64,000 nucleotides of DNA, taken from NCBI RefSeq assembly GCF_009914755.1, contig NC_060925.1; one strand, given 5' to 3'. Below are positions 48,915 through 60,693 of this stretch, one piece after another. Numbering within the stretch: position 1 is the stretch's first letter; every line of letters begins with the position of its first letter. The notes under the pieces are model-generated. The model did no database searches. It was given only the letters and a program-made list of their open reading frames with translations, and was not told the DNA's origin. Origin of the DNA: the human T2T-CHM13v2.0 reference genome, Homo sapiens. Position numbers and translations under genes: made by a program.

Positions 48915-49217
48915 GGCCATGTGCGGTAGCTCATACCTGTAATCCCAGCACTTTGGGAGGCCGAGGCAGGCAGATCACTTGAACTTAGGAGTTCAAGACC
49001 AACCTGGGAAACATGGGAAAACCCCATCTCTACCAAAAATACAAAAATTAGCCGGGCATGATGGTGCATGCCTGTAGTCCCAGCTACTCAGGAGGCTGAG
49101 ATGGGAGGATCACTGGAGCCCAGGAAGTTGAGCCTGCAGTGATCCTGGATCACACCACTATACTCCAGCCTGGGTGACACAGTGAGATCCTGTCTCAAAA
49201 AAACAAACAAACAACGA
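48915..49217 (+). mobile_element. Alu (J family)
   Basis: Sense Alu with an (AAAC)n tail; TSD aaacccc. Confidence 0.92.
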
Positions 49218-50096
49218 AACCCCCTGAGAAATATTTAATATATAATCTTCCCTGCTATATTTGAGACACCCAATTGTATCAGGAATATTCCATAGATATG
49301 GAAAGATGTTTCTTTTGAAACCTTCTAACTATAAATAAACTATCAATTACTGAGTATATACATTCTTGTCACAGCACTACCCACCCCCTCCCCACCCCCC
49401 GCCATTTATGGGGGAAGGGCAAAAAAAAATTATATACATATAAAGTCAGTCATAATCATTTAATCTCATGGGTTGGGATCAACTGGAAGAGAATAATCTC
49501 ATTTGCTAAGAGTGCATGGCACACTGGCTATAGAAGAAAAATGAGCATAGAGAGGTAAATGCCCCGGCAGCTTGCAGATATTCTGGAGCACTGTACTCAG
49601 CCTGAATTGGGCTTTTGATTTCAATGTAAGAGAAGGAGAGTGAGTCACTAAAAAACTTCCCACTCAAAGGTCATTTGAGTTATGTATTAGTGATAAATTA
49701 GCAGGTTTTACTTAGATGTCTCTTTACATGCTTACTGTACAGGTATAACATTTTAAATCATGTCAGTAACACAGGTTCAACTTTTAAAATAGATATTGAA
49801 AGAAAAAATTGCACAATTGCATGTCAAATAAACGTGCCTAGAATGAGCCTTCAGCTGGCACCATGTGGCTATTATCAGGGCTTCACCGCCATCCAGTGTC
49901 AGTCTACCCCAATTACAGAAGGAAGGAAACACAACATTTTGAATACTGCATTTGCAAATATAATCATAGAAAGGTTCATAGATACATTTTTTTAAGAAAA
50001 TAGTTTAAGTATGATTTTAAAGAAAAAAATGACAGAAGAATTTTTTCTTATTTATATCACTTGAGGCATCCTCAGCCTCCCCTCCTAGCTTTATCT

Positions 50097-50568
<472 letters not shown>

Positions 50569-52229
50569 TAAAAGGTGAAAATGGACTTGATTATTCATGT
50601 TATTCAAAGATTTTAGTCTTTTTTCTTGGAATCCATGAATGGATGGCCATCTGGCCTTCTCGTTCCCACTACAAACACAATCACTTTTTTCCCAGTAAAG
50701 TTATTGCTGATTCCCTCTTGATTTTGATTTCGTTCTAAATGGGTCTTTCTTTGACAGCCACAGAGTGAAATGTCTTGAAGGGGAAATTGCTCCATATGGT
50801 AGTATTGAAATAAAATTCCTGCCAAATTGGATTGATTGGAGGAGCTCTGGATGCAGCAATATTAATATTAAGTGAAAAATGCATATTTCATAAAAACCTT
50901 TGGGTGAAATAATACATGAATCACAGAGATATATTTCAAGATGTCAAATGGGAGTTCATGGTATGAAAATAAAATACTAACTAAAGTAATGCCAGGTGCA
51001 ATAGAAATGAGAGAAATGTACCTAGGTCTTGAGGTACAGAAAAGACAAAACTATCATTTGGATAAAACAGGGATTTTAGTCTTTTTCTTGAAACCCATTA
51101 GTGGATAGTCATCATTGCCTTCTCATTGTCACTATACACATGCTTTGTTCCCAATAAAGCTATTTCTGATTCTGTCTTTGAATTTGATTTTGTTGTTGAC
51201 AGAAACAGAGTGAAATGTCGCAAATAGCATTTGGGAGGTTAGGGGGTGAATGGAGAGAAAGGAAAAGGACTCATGCTTCCCTGTTCTCATATTGGTGGTT
51301 CTCAAACTTTGAAATGTTTAGGAATTATCTGGGGAGGGAAGCATAGTACAAATACATATTTTTCAGGCCTTATCCTCACAGATGCATTCTAAGGCACCCC
51401 AAATACCAATTAGATTTACCCCTATGGCCCACTGAGTAACTCAAGACTGGATATATGTATCAGTTTTTCTCAACATTGCAGAAATAGCCTTCCTGGTTCC
51501 TCCCTCTGAAAATGCCACTCTACATGTTTCTTCTGAAATAGCCTATGCTTGTGGCCAAATACTGATGTCACGTAGAAATTTAAGGTGCAGAATCTAACTC
51601 TCAAACATCTTCAGGCTTTGAATGAATGTGTGGCCCTGGAGGTCTAAAAACTGTTATGTTGGCCGAGCTCAGTGGCTCATGCCTGTAATCCCAGCACTTT
51701 GGGAGGAGAATTCCTCTTGATCTGAAGACCATGAAATGAAGACGCAAGTTATCTTCCTTGTCTATAAACCCAATAGCCAGTAGTGACACGGGGATAGGGT
51801 AACTGCAATCAACACAGCCATTCAAAAAAGGGGAGGACAGAATCAAAGGTTCATAGCAGCCACTAGTCTGTAATATTTATGAAACCCAACCAGACCTATA
51901 TCAATAGTTCCTTTGCTCTGAAGCCATTTCCTACTTTGATAGTATTTTTCTGAAAGAGATGGGGCTGGTGACTTTTATTTTCAAATGAACAAGTTCTTCC
52001 TTCTTAATATACCCTATAAATTCTCAAAAAGTGAACAGTTCCATCTTTAATTTTTTCCTCACTTCTCATATTTTACTGTATAAATAATAAAATTATTAGA
52101 AAAAGCCAAGTAGCACTTTCAGCATTCTGCCTGAAAATCTGTTTAGCAAGATCCTCAAGATCTTTCTTTACCTCATTACTCCAAGCAACAGTTTGGCTAA
52201 CTGTTCTGCTGGGACATATCTCACATGGC

Positions 52230-52646
52230 TGTCAGGCCTCTGAGCCCAAGCTAAGCCATCATATCCCCTGTGACCTGCACATGTACATCCAGATGGCCTG
52301 AAGCAATGGAAGATCCATAAAAGACGTGAAAACAGCCTTAACTGATGACATTCCACCATTGTGATTTGTTCGTGTCCCACCCTAACTGATACATATATTC
52401 TCCCCCACCCTTAAGAAGGTACTTTGTAATATTCTCCACCCCTCCGCCCTTAAGAAGGTACTTTGTAATATTCTTCCCCGCCCTTAAGAATGTACTTATC
52501 CCAAACCTATAAGAACTAATGATAATCCCACCACCCTTTGCTGACTCTCTTTTCGGACTCAGCCTGCCTGCACCCAGGTGAAATAAATAGCCTTATTGCT
52601 CACACAAAGCCTGTTTGGTGGTCTCTTCACACGGACGCGCGTGACA
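52230..52646 (+). repeat. HERV-H 5' LTR (LTR7 family, type II / LTR7B-C-like), 417 bp
   Basis: Starts tgtcaggcctctgagcccaagc and ends gtgaca. Three cccttaagaa(g/t)gtac units, TATA-like cctataaga, AATAAA at 52582. Confidence 0.95.
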
Positions 52647-52648
52647 TT

Positions 52649-52667
52649 TGGTGCCGAAGACCTGGGT
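52649..52667 (+). promoter_or_regulatory. Primer binding site, tRNA-Phe-like
   Basis: TGGTGCCGAAGACCTGGGT immediately after the 5' LTR. Confidence 0.8.
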
Positions 52668-52789
52668 CGGAGGGACTCCTTCGGGAGTCATGTCCCCGGT
52701 CCTCACCCTCACTCCGTGAAGACATCCACCTATGACCTTGGATCCTCAGACCAACCAGCCCAAGGAACATCTCACCAATTTCTAATCGG

Positions 52790-52795
52790 GTAAGC
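52790..52795 (+). promoter_or_regulatory. HERV-H major splice donor
   Basis: cgg|gtaagc about 140 nt downstream of the 5' LTR, the expected position. Confidence 0.7.
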
Positions 52796-53183
52796 GGTCT
52801 TTTCACTCTCTTCTCCAGCCTCTCTCACTACCCTTCAATCTCCCTGTCCTTCCAATTCCAGTTATTTTTCCTCTGTAGTAGAGACAAAGGAGACACATTT
52901 TATCCGTGGACCTAAAACTCTGGCACTGGTCACAGACTCGGGAAGGCAGTCTTCCCTTGGTGTTTAATCACTGCGGGGATGCCTGCCTGATTATTCACAC
53001 ACATTCCATTGGTGTCTGATCACCGCAGGGATGCCTGCCTTGGTCATTCACCCACATTCCCCTGGTGGCAAGTCAATTGTTGGGACACCTTCTTTGGCTA
53101 CTCACCCACATTGCAGCCCAGGGCTGCTCCCCACCCCGCTTCTCCGTGTCTCTACCCTTCTCTTTAAGCTTGCCTCCTTCACT

Positions 53184-54393
53184 ATGGGCAACCTTCCACC
53201 CTCCATTCCTCCTTCAAAACCTCTTCAACTCACACCTGACCTAAAACCTAAATGCGTTATTTTCTTCTGCAATACTGCTTGGCCCCAGTACAAACTCGAC
53301 AGTAGTTCCGAGTGGCCACAGAATGGCACTTTCAATTTGTCTATTCTACAAGACCTAGATAATTTTTGTCAAAAAAATGGGCAAACGGTCTGAGGTGCCT
53401 GATGTCCAGGCATTGTTTTACACATCGGTCCCTTCCTAATCTTTGCTCCCAATGCAACTCATCCCAAATCTTTCTTCTTTCTTTCCTGTCTGTTCCTTCA
53501 GTCTCCACCCCAAGCTCTGAGTCCTTTGAATCCTCCTTTTCTATGAACCCATCTGACCTCTCCCCTCCTCCCTAGGCTGCTCCTCGCCAGGCCGAGCCAG
53601 GTCCCAATTTTTCCTCAGCCTCTGCTCCCCCACCCTATAATCCTTCTATCACCTCCCCTCCTCACACCCGGTCTGGCATACTGTTTTGTTCCATGACTAG
53701 CCCTCCCCCACCTGCCCAACAATTTCCTCTTAAAGAGGTGGCTGGAGCTAAAGGCATAGTCAAGGTTAATGCTCCTTTTTCTTTAGCTGACCTCTTCCAA
53801 ATCAGTTAGCATTTAGGCTCTTTTTCATTAAATATAAAAACCCAGCCCATTTCATGGCCCGTTTGGCAACAACCCTTAGATGCTTTACCACCCTAGACCC
53901 AGAGGGGCCAGAAGGTTGTCTTATTCTCCATATGCATTTTATTACCCAATCCACTCCCGACATTAAAAAAAAAGCTCCAAAAATTAGATTCCACCCTCAA
54001 ACCCCACAACAGGACTTAATTAACCTCGACTCAAGGTGTACAATAATAGAGTAGAGGCAGCCAAGTAGCAATGTATTTCTGAGTTGCAATTCCTTGCCTC
54101 CACTGTGACACAAACCCCAGCCACATCTCCAGCACACAAGAACTTCAAAATGCCTAAGCTGCAGCAGTCAAGCATTCTTTCAGAACCTCCTCCATCAGAA
54201 TCTTGCTTCTAGGGCCAAAGAATGCCCGCAGCACAGGATTCCTCCTAAGCTGTGCCCTGTCTGTGTGGAACTCCACTGGAGGTTGGACTGTCTGACTCAC
54301 ATCGCCACTGCTCCTAAAGCCCCTGGAGCCCCAATCCAGTGTTCATTGGCCGACTCCTTCCCAGATCTCCTCGGCTTAACAGCTGAAGACTGA
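53184..54393 (+). pseudogene. gag: HERV-H gag remnant
   Basis: MGNLPPSIPP start, FFCNTAWPQYKL..WPQNGTF matrix motif, zinc knuckle CPVCVELHWRLDC, and PDLLGLTAED*(TGA 54391) in frame with pro. Frameshifts, stops and deletions throughout. Confidence 0.85.
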
Positions 54394-54800
54394 CGCTGCC
54401 CAATCGCCTCAGAAGTCCCCTGGACCATCACAGACACCGAGCTTTGGGTAACTCTTACAGTGGAGGGTAAGTCCATACACTGTTTAATCAATACGGGGGC
54501 TACCCACTCCACATTACCTTCTTTTCAAGGGCCCATTTCCCTTGCCCCCATAACTGCTGTGAGTATTGACAGCCAAGCTTCAAAACCCCTTAAAACTCCC
54601 CGACTCCGGTGCCAACTTGGACAACATTCTTTTATGCACTCGTTTTTAGTTATCCCCACCTGCCCAGTTCCCTTATTAGGCCGAGACATTTTAACCAAAT
54701 TATCTGCTTCCCTGATTATTCCTGGACTATAGCCACATCTCATTGCCACCCTTCTTCCCAACCCAAAGCCTTCTTTGCATCTTCCTCTCGTATCCCCTGA
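54394..54800 (+). pseudogene. pro: HERV-H protease remnant
   Basis: CLINTGATHS (DTG changed to NTG) and PVPLLGRDILTKL; stop at 54730-54732. Confidence 0.88.
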
Positions 54801-57729
54801 CCTTAACCCACAAGTATGGGACACCTCCACTCCCTCTCTGGCAACTGATCACACGCCCATTACTATCCCATTAAAACCTAATCACCCTTACCCTGATCAA
54901 CGTCAGTATCCCATCCCACAAAAAGCCTGTTATCACTCGCCTGCTACAGCATGGGCTTCTAAAACCTATAAAATCTCCTTACAGTTCTCCCATTTTACCT
55001 GTTCAAAAACCAGACAAGTCTTACATGTTAGTTCAGGATCTGTGCCTTATCAACCAAATTGTTTTTCCTATCCACCCTGTGGTGCCCAACCCATATACTC
55101 TTTTCTACTCAATACCTTCCTCCACAACTCACTATTCCATTCTTGGTCTTAAAGATGCTTTTTTCACTATTCCCCCACACCCCTTGTCCCAACCTCTCTT
55201 TGCTTTTACCTGGACTGACCCTGACACCCATCAGTCCCAGCAGCTTGCCTGGGCTGTACTGCCTCAAGGCTTCATGGACACCCCCCATTACTTCAGTCAA
55301 GCCCAAATTTCTTCCTCATCCATTACCTATATCAGCATAATTCTTCATGAAAACAAATGTGCTCTCCCTGCTGATCGTGTCCAACTGATCTCTGAAACCC
55401 CAACCCCTTCTACAAAACAACAACTCCTTCTCTTCCTGGGCATGGTTGGGTACTTTCTCCTTTGGATACCTGGTTTTGCCATCCTAACAAAACTGTATAT
55501 AAACTTACAAAAGGAAACCTAGCTGACCCCATAGATCCTAAATCCTTTCCCCACTCCTCTTTCCATTCCTTAAAAACAGCCCTAGAAGCTGCTCCCACAC
55601 TAACTCTCCCTAACTCATCCCAACCCTTTTCATTACACACAGCCAAAGTACAGGGCTGTGTGGTCAAAATTCTTACTCAAGAGCCAGGACTGCACCCTGT
55701 AGCCTTTCTGTCCAAACAACTTGACCTTACTGTTTTAGGCTGGCCATCATGTCTCTGTGGGGTGGCCACCGCCACCCTAATACTTTTAGAGGCCCTTAAA
55801 ATCAAAAACTAAGCTCAACTCACTCTCTACAGTTCTCATAACTTCCAAAATCTATTTTCTTCCTCACACCTGACACATATACTTTCTGCTCCCTGGCTCT
55901 TTCAGCTGACTCACCCTTTGTTGAGTCTCCCACAGTTACCATTGTTCCTGACCCGGAATTCAATCCGGCCTCCCACATTATTCCTGATACCACACCTGAC
56001 CCCCATGATTGTATCTCTCTGATACACCTGGCATTCACTCCATTTCCCCATATTTCCTTCTTTCCTGTGCCTCACCCTGATCACACCTGGTTTATTGATG
56101 GTAGTTCCACCAGGCCTAATTGCCACACACCAGCAAAGGCAGGCTGTGCTATAGTATCTTCCACATCTATCATTGAGGCTACCACTCTGCCCGACTCCGC
56201 TACCTCTCAGAAAGCTGAACTCATTGCCTTAACACGAACCCTCACTCTTGCAAAGGAATTACGCATCAATATTTATACTGACTCTAAATATGCCTTCCAT
56301 ATCCTGCACCACCATGCTGTTATATGGGCTGAAAGAGGTTTCCTCACTACACAAGGGTCCTCCATCATTAATGCCTCTTTAATAAAAACTCTTCTCAAGG
56401 CTGCTTTACTTCCAAAGGAAGCTGGAGTCATTCACTGCAAGGGCCACCAAAAGGCATCAGATCCCATTGCTCAGGGCAACGCTTATGCTGATAAGGTAGC
56501 TAAAGAAGCAGCTAGCATTCCAGCTTCTGTCCCTCATGGCCAGTTTTTCTCCTTCTCATTGGTCACTCCCACCTACTCTCCCACTGAAACTTCCACCTAT
56601 CAATCTCTTCCCACACAAGGCAAATGGTTCTTGGACCAAGGAAAAATATCTCCTTCCAGCCTCACAGGCCCATTCCATTCTATCGTCATTTCATAACCTC
56701 TTCCATGTAGGTTACAAGCTGCTAGCCTGCCTCTTAGAACCTCTCATTTCCTTTCCATCATGGAAATCTATCCTCAAGGAGATCACTTCTCAGTGTTCCA
56801 TCTGCTATTCTACTACTCCTCAGGGATTGTTCAGGCCCCCTCCCTTCCCTACACATCAAGCTCGGGGATTTTCACCTGCCCAGGACTGGCAAATTGGCTT
56901 TACTCACATGCCCTGGGTCAGGAAACTAAAATACCTCTTGGTCCAGGTAGACACTGTCACTGGATGGGTAGAGGCCTTTCCCACGGGGTCTGAGAAGGCC
57001 ACCACGGTCATTTCTTCCCTTCTGTCAGACATAATTCCTCGGTTTGGCCTGCCCACCTCTATACAGTCCAATAACGGACCAGCCTTTATTAGTCAAATCA
57101 CCCAAGCAGTTTCTCAGGCTCTTGGTATTCAGTGGAAACTTCATACCCCTTACCGTCCTCAATCTTCAGGAAAGGTAGAATGGACTGATGGTCTTTTAAA
57201 GACACACCTTACCAAGCTCAGCCTCCAACTTAAAAAGGGCTGGACAGTACTTTTACCTCTTGCCCTTCTCAGAATTAGAGCCTGTCCTTGAGGTCCTACA
57301 GGGTACAGTCCATTTGAACTTCTATATGGATGCACTTTCTTGCTCAGCCCCAACCTCATCCCAGACACTAGCCCTCTAGGTGACTATCTTCCAGTCCTCC
57401 AGCAGGCTAGACAGGAAATTTTCCGGGCTGCTAAACTTCTCTTGCCTACTCCAGATTCCCAGCAATATGAAGACACCCTAGCTGGACGATCAGTTCTTGT
57501 TAAGAATCTGACCCCTCAAACTCTACAACCTCGATGGACCAGACCCTACTTAGTCATCTATAGTACCCCAACTGCTGTCCCCCTGCAGGACCCTCCCCAT
57601 TGGGTTCACCATTCCAGAATAAAGCTGTGTCTGTTGGACAGCCAGCCTGATATCTGCTCTTCCTCCTGGAAGTCACAAGTACTTTCCTCTACTTCCCTTA
57701 AACTCACTCGCATTTCTGAAGAACAATAA
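54801..57729 (+). pseudogene. pol: HERV-H pol remnant (RT, RNase H, integrase)
   Basis: RT: LVQDLCLIN, LKDAFF, LPQGF, but no YxDD. RNase H: WFIDGSS, QKAELIAL, YTDSKY, GNAYAD. IN: HxxxH/CxxC, SNNGPAF, PYRPQSSGKVE. Multiple frameshifts. Confidence 0.93.
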
Positions 57730-58020
57730 TAACCCTTATGAGCCTAATATATCCCTTCATTCCATTAGGTCTATCCATCCTTACCCTACTCTTTGGAACA
57801 GGGCTTTACGCAGTCACCCCCACTTGGACTGCGCCCCAAAAACTTGTCATCCCTACTATATTCTGTCTAATCATACTCCTATTCACCATTCTCAACTACG
57901 CATAAATGACCTGCTCTTGTTTACACTGCCAGTTTACATTGTTTCTCCAAGCCATCACAGCTGATATCTCCTGGTGCTATCCCCAAACTGCCACTCTTGA
58001 CTCCCTCTTGGAGTGGATAG

Positions 58021-59798
58021 ATTATCTTTGCTGACAGGGCACTCTCCAATACTTCCACCCTGATGAAGTTCTATTCTTTACTTTTATACTCACTCTTATT
58101 CTCACTCCCATTCTTGTGCCCCTCTCTACTTCTCCCTAGTTACCTCCAGCATACTATCAATCTTACCCACTCTCTCCTCACTGCCCCCAATCCCTCTCTA
58201 GCAAAGAGTTGTTGGCTATGTGTTTCCCTTTCTTCCTGCTCTTACACAGCCATCCCCACTCTACAGGCTGGCTGGGATACCTCTCCCATCTCCCTGCACC
58301 TCAGAACCTCCTTTAATAGCCCTCATCTTTACCAGCCTGAGGAATTTCTTTAGTTTCTAGACAAATTTGGTGAGAAGTCCCCAGACATTTCACACCAAAA
58401 AGCTGCCACACTTATCTGCATCTACTTACGGCACTGTTCTCCTTATGTCAATTCCACCCCCCCATATTTGTACCCCTAACCACAAAAACAACTATCCCTG
58501 TTGCCTCCCCTTTATGCATCTCCCGACAACAGCCTACTGAAATCCCTTTAGGCAACCTTCCACTATCCAAATGTTCCTTTACTCTTTATCTCCAGAAGCC
58601 AGCCACACACATTACCAAACGGATGGGAGCATTCCAGCTTCCCATTACTGATAAGCCCTCTATCATTACTGACAAACTAAAAAACATTGGCAGTCACTAT
58701 TGTTTAGGAAGACACCTACCCTGCATCTCACTCCATCCTTGGCTACCCTGCTCATCTGAATCTCCTAGCCCCACCTCTTTCTTGCTTATACCCAGCCCCA
58801 TGAATAACAGTGAAAGTTTACTTGTAGATGCTATGCGCTTTCTCATACACCAAGGAAAGAGAACCTCTCCCTCTACGCAGTTGCACCATCAATCCCCATT
58901 ACAACCTCTAACGGCTGCTGCCCTTGCTGGATCTCTAGGATTTTGGGTGCAGGATTCCTCTTTCAGTACACCCTCTCACTTTTTCACTTTACATTTCCAG
59001 TTCTGCCTGACACAAGGTCTCTTCTTTTTATGTGGCTCTTCCGCCTACATGTGCCTACCTGCCAACTGGACGGGCACAGGTACTGTAGTCTTCCTTGCCC
59101 CGAAAATCCAGTTTGCAGATGGGAATGAACAACTGCCTGTCCCCCTCATGACACCAACATGACAAAAAAGAGTCATCCCACTAATCCCTTTACTTGTGGG
59201 CCTAGGACTTTCTGCCTCCATTATTGCACTTGGAACTGGAATAGCAGGCATCTCAACCTCTGTCACAACATTCCACAGCCTCTCTAATGACTTTTCTGCT
59301 AGCATTACAGACATATCACAAACTTTATCTGTTCTCCAAGCCCAGGTTGACTCTTTAGCTGCAGTTGTCCTCCAGAACTGCTGAGTCCTCGATTTGCTCA
59401 CTGCTGAAAAAGGAGGATTCTGTATATTTTTAAATGAAGAGTGTTGTTTTTACCTAAATCAATCTGGCCTGGTATATGACAACATAAAAAAACTCATGGA
59501 TAGAGCCCCAAAACTCACCAACCAAGCAAACAATAACGTTGAACCCCCTTGGACACTCTCTAATTGGACGTCCTGGGTACTCCCAATTCTTAGTCCTTTA
59601 ATACCTATTTTTCTCCTTCTCTTATTCAGACCTTGTGTCTTTCATTTAGTTTCTCAATTCACGCAAAACCACATCCAGGCCATCACCAACAATTCTATAT
59701 GTCAAATGCCCCTTCTAACAACCCCACAATATCACCCCTTACCCAAAATCTTCCTTCAGCTTAATCTCTCCCACTCTAGGTTCCCACACCGCACCTAA
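58021..59798 (+). pseudogene. env: HERV-H env remnant (SU and TM)
   Basis: Signal peptide MKFYSLLLYSLLFSLPFLC, CWLC motif, furin site (*QKR/VIPLIP), fusion peptide, ISD LQNC*VLDLLTAEKGG, CX6CC and a TM helix. Stops at 58351, 59160 and 59382 plus frameshifts. Confidence 0.92.
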
Positions 59799-59914
59799 TC
59801 CCACTTGAAGCAGCCCTGAGAAACATCGCCCATTATCTCTCCATACCACCCCTCCCAAAATTTTCCCTGCCCCAACACTTCAACACTATTTTATGTTATT
59901 TTTCTTATTAATAT

Positions 59915-59927
59915 AAGAAGACAGGAA
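59915..59927 (+). promoter_or_regulatory. Polypurine tract
   Basis: aagaagacaggaa directly before the 3' LTR. Confidence 0.8.
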
Positions 59928-60305
59928 TGTCAGGCCTCTGAGCCCAAGCTAAGCCATCATATCTCCCGTGACCTGCACACATAAATCTAGATGGCCTGAA
60001 GCAATTGAAGATCCACAAAAGAAGTGAAAATAGCCTTAACTGATGACATTCCACCATTGTGATTTGTTCCTGTCCCACCCGAACTGATACATATATTCTC
60101 CCCCACGCTTAAGAAGGTACTTTGTAATATTCTTCCCCGCCCTTAAGAATGTACTTATCCCAAACCTATAAGAACTAATGATAATCCCACCACCCTTTGC
60201 TGACTCTCTTTTCGGACTCAGCCTGCCTGCACCCAGGTGAAATAAACAGCCCTGTTGCTCACACAAAGCCTGTTTGGTGGTCTCTTCACACAGACGCACA
60301 TGACA
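59928..60305 (+). repeat. HERV-H 3' LTR, 378 bp
   Basis: Collinear with the 5' LTR apart from one 39-bp unit; about 19 substitutions by hand count. Confidence 0.95.
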
Positions 60306-60693
60306 ATGCCCTTTCTTCCAGCCTCTGATTTCCTTACTGTCCTCTAAGGCGTCACTCATAAGGCCATTACAGATTTCACAAATAGTCTTCTTAAGGCCTA
60401 GTTTCCACCTGCTACCTAGTCCCCAAACCAATATCGTATGTTTTAAATTTTCTTAAGATTGCACCCCACTCTTGGCACCAAATTCTGTTCCAGTTATCTA
60501 CCCTGTGTAAATAACTACTCAAAACAACATTTTTTTTTCCCTCATAAATCCGTGGATCTGGAATTCAGGCATTGCACAATGGAGACGGTTCACCTCTGCC
60601 CTGCAATGTCTGGGGCCTCAACTGTTATGACTTGAATGGCTGGGTGCTAGAACAGGAAATGAGCTATATTGAGGTTTCTAATAGTATGGTCCT

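Larger units (their letters stand above)
52230..60305 (+). mobile_element. HERV-H provirus, 8076 bp (LTR-gag-pro-pol-env-LTR), defective
   Basis: Two homologous TG...CA LTRs, PBS, PPT and gammaretrovirus-like gag/PR/RT/RNase H/IN/env motifs. 5-bp TSD atggc / atgcc (1 mismatch). Confidence 0.97.

Noticed and set aside
52400-52500. Spaced short direct repeats resembling a CRISPR array
   Set aside because: They are HERV-H LTR U3 tandem repeats in eukaryotic DNA, with no unique spacers and no cas genes.
52230-60305. Replication-competent retrovirus or intact fusogenic env
   Set aside because: Every gene has stops or frameshifts; PR, RT and IN catalytic residues are lost; env has stops in SU, at the furin site and in the ISD.
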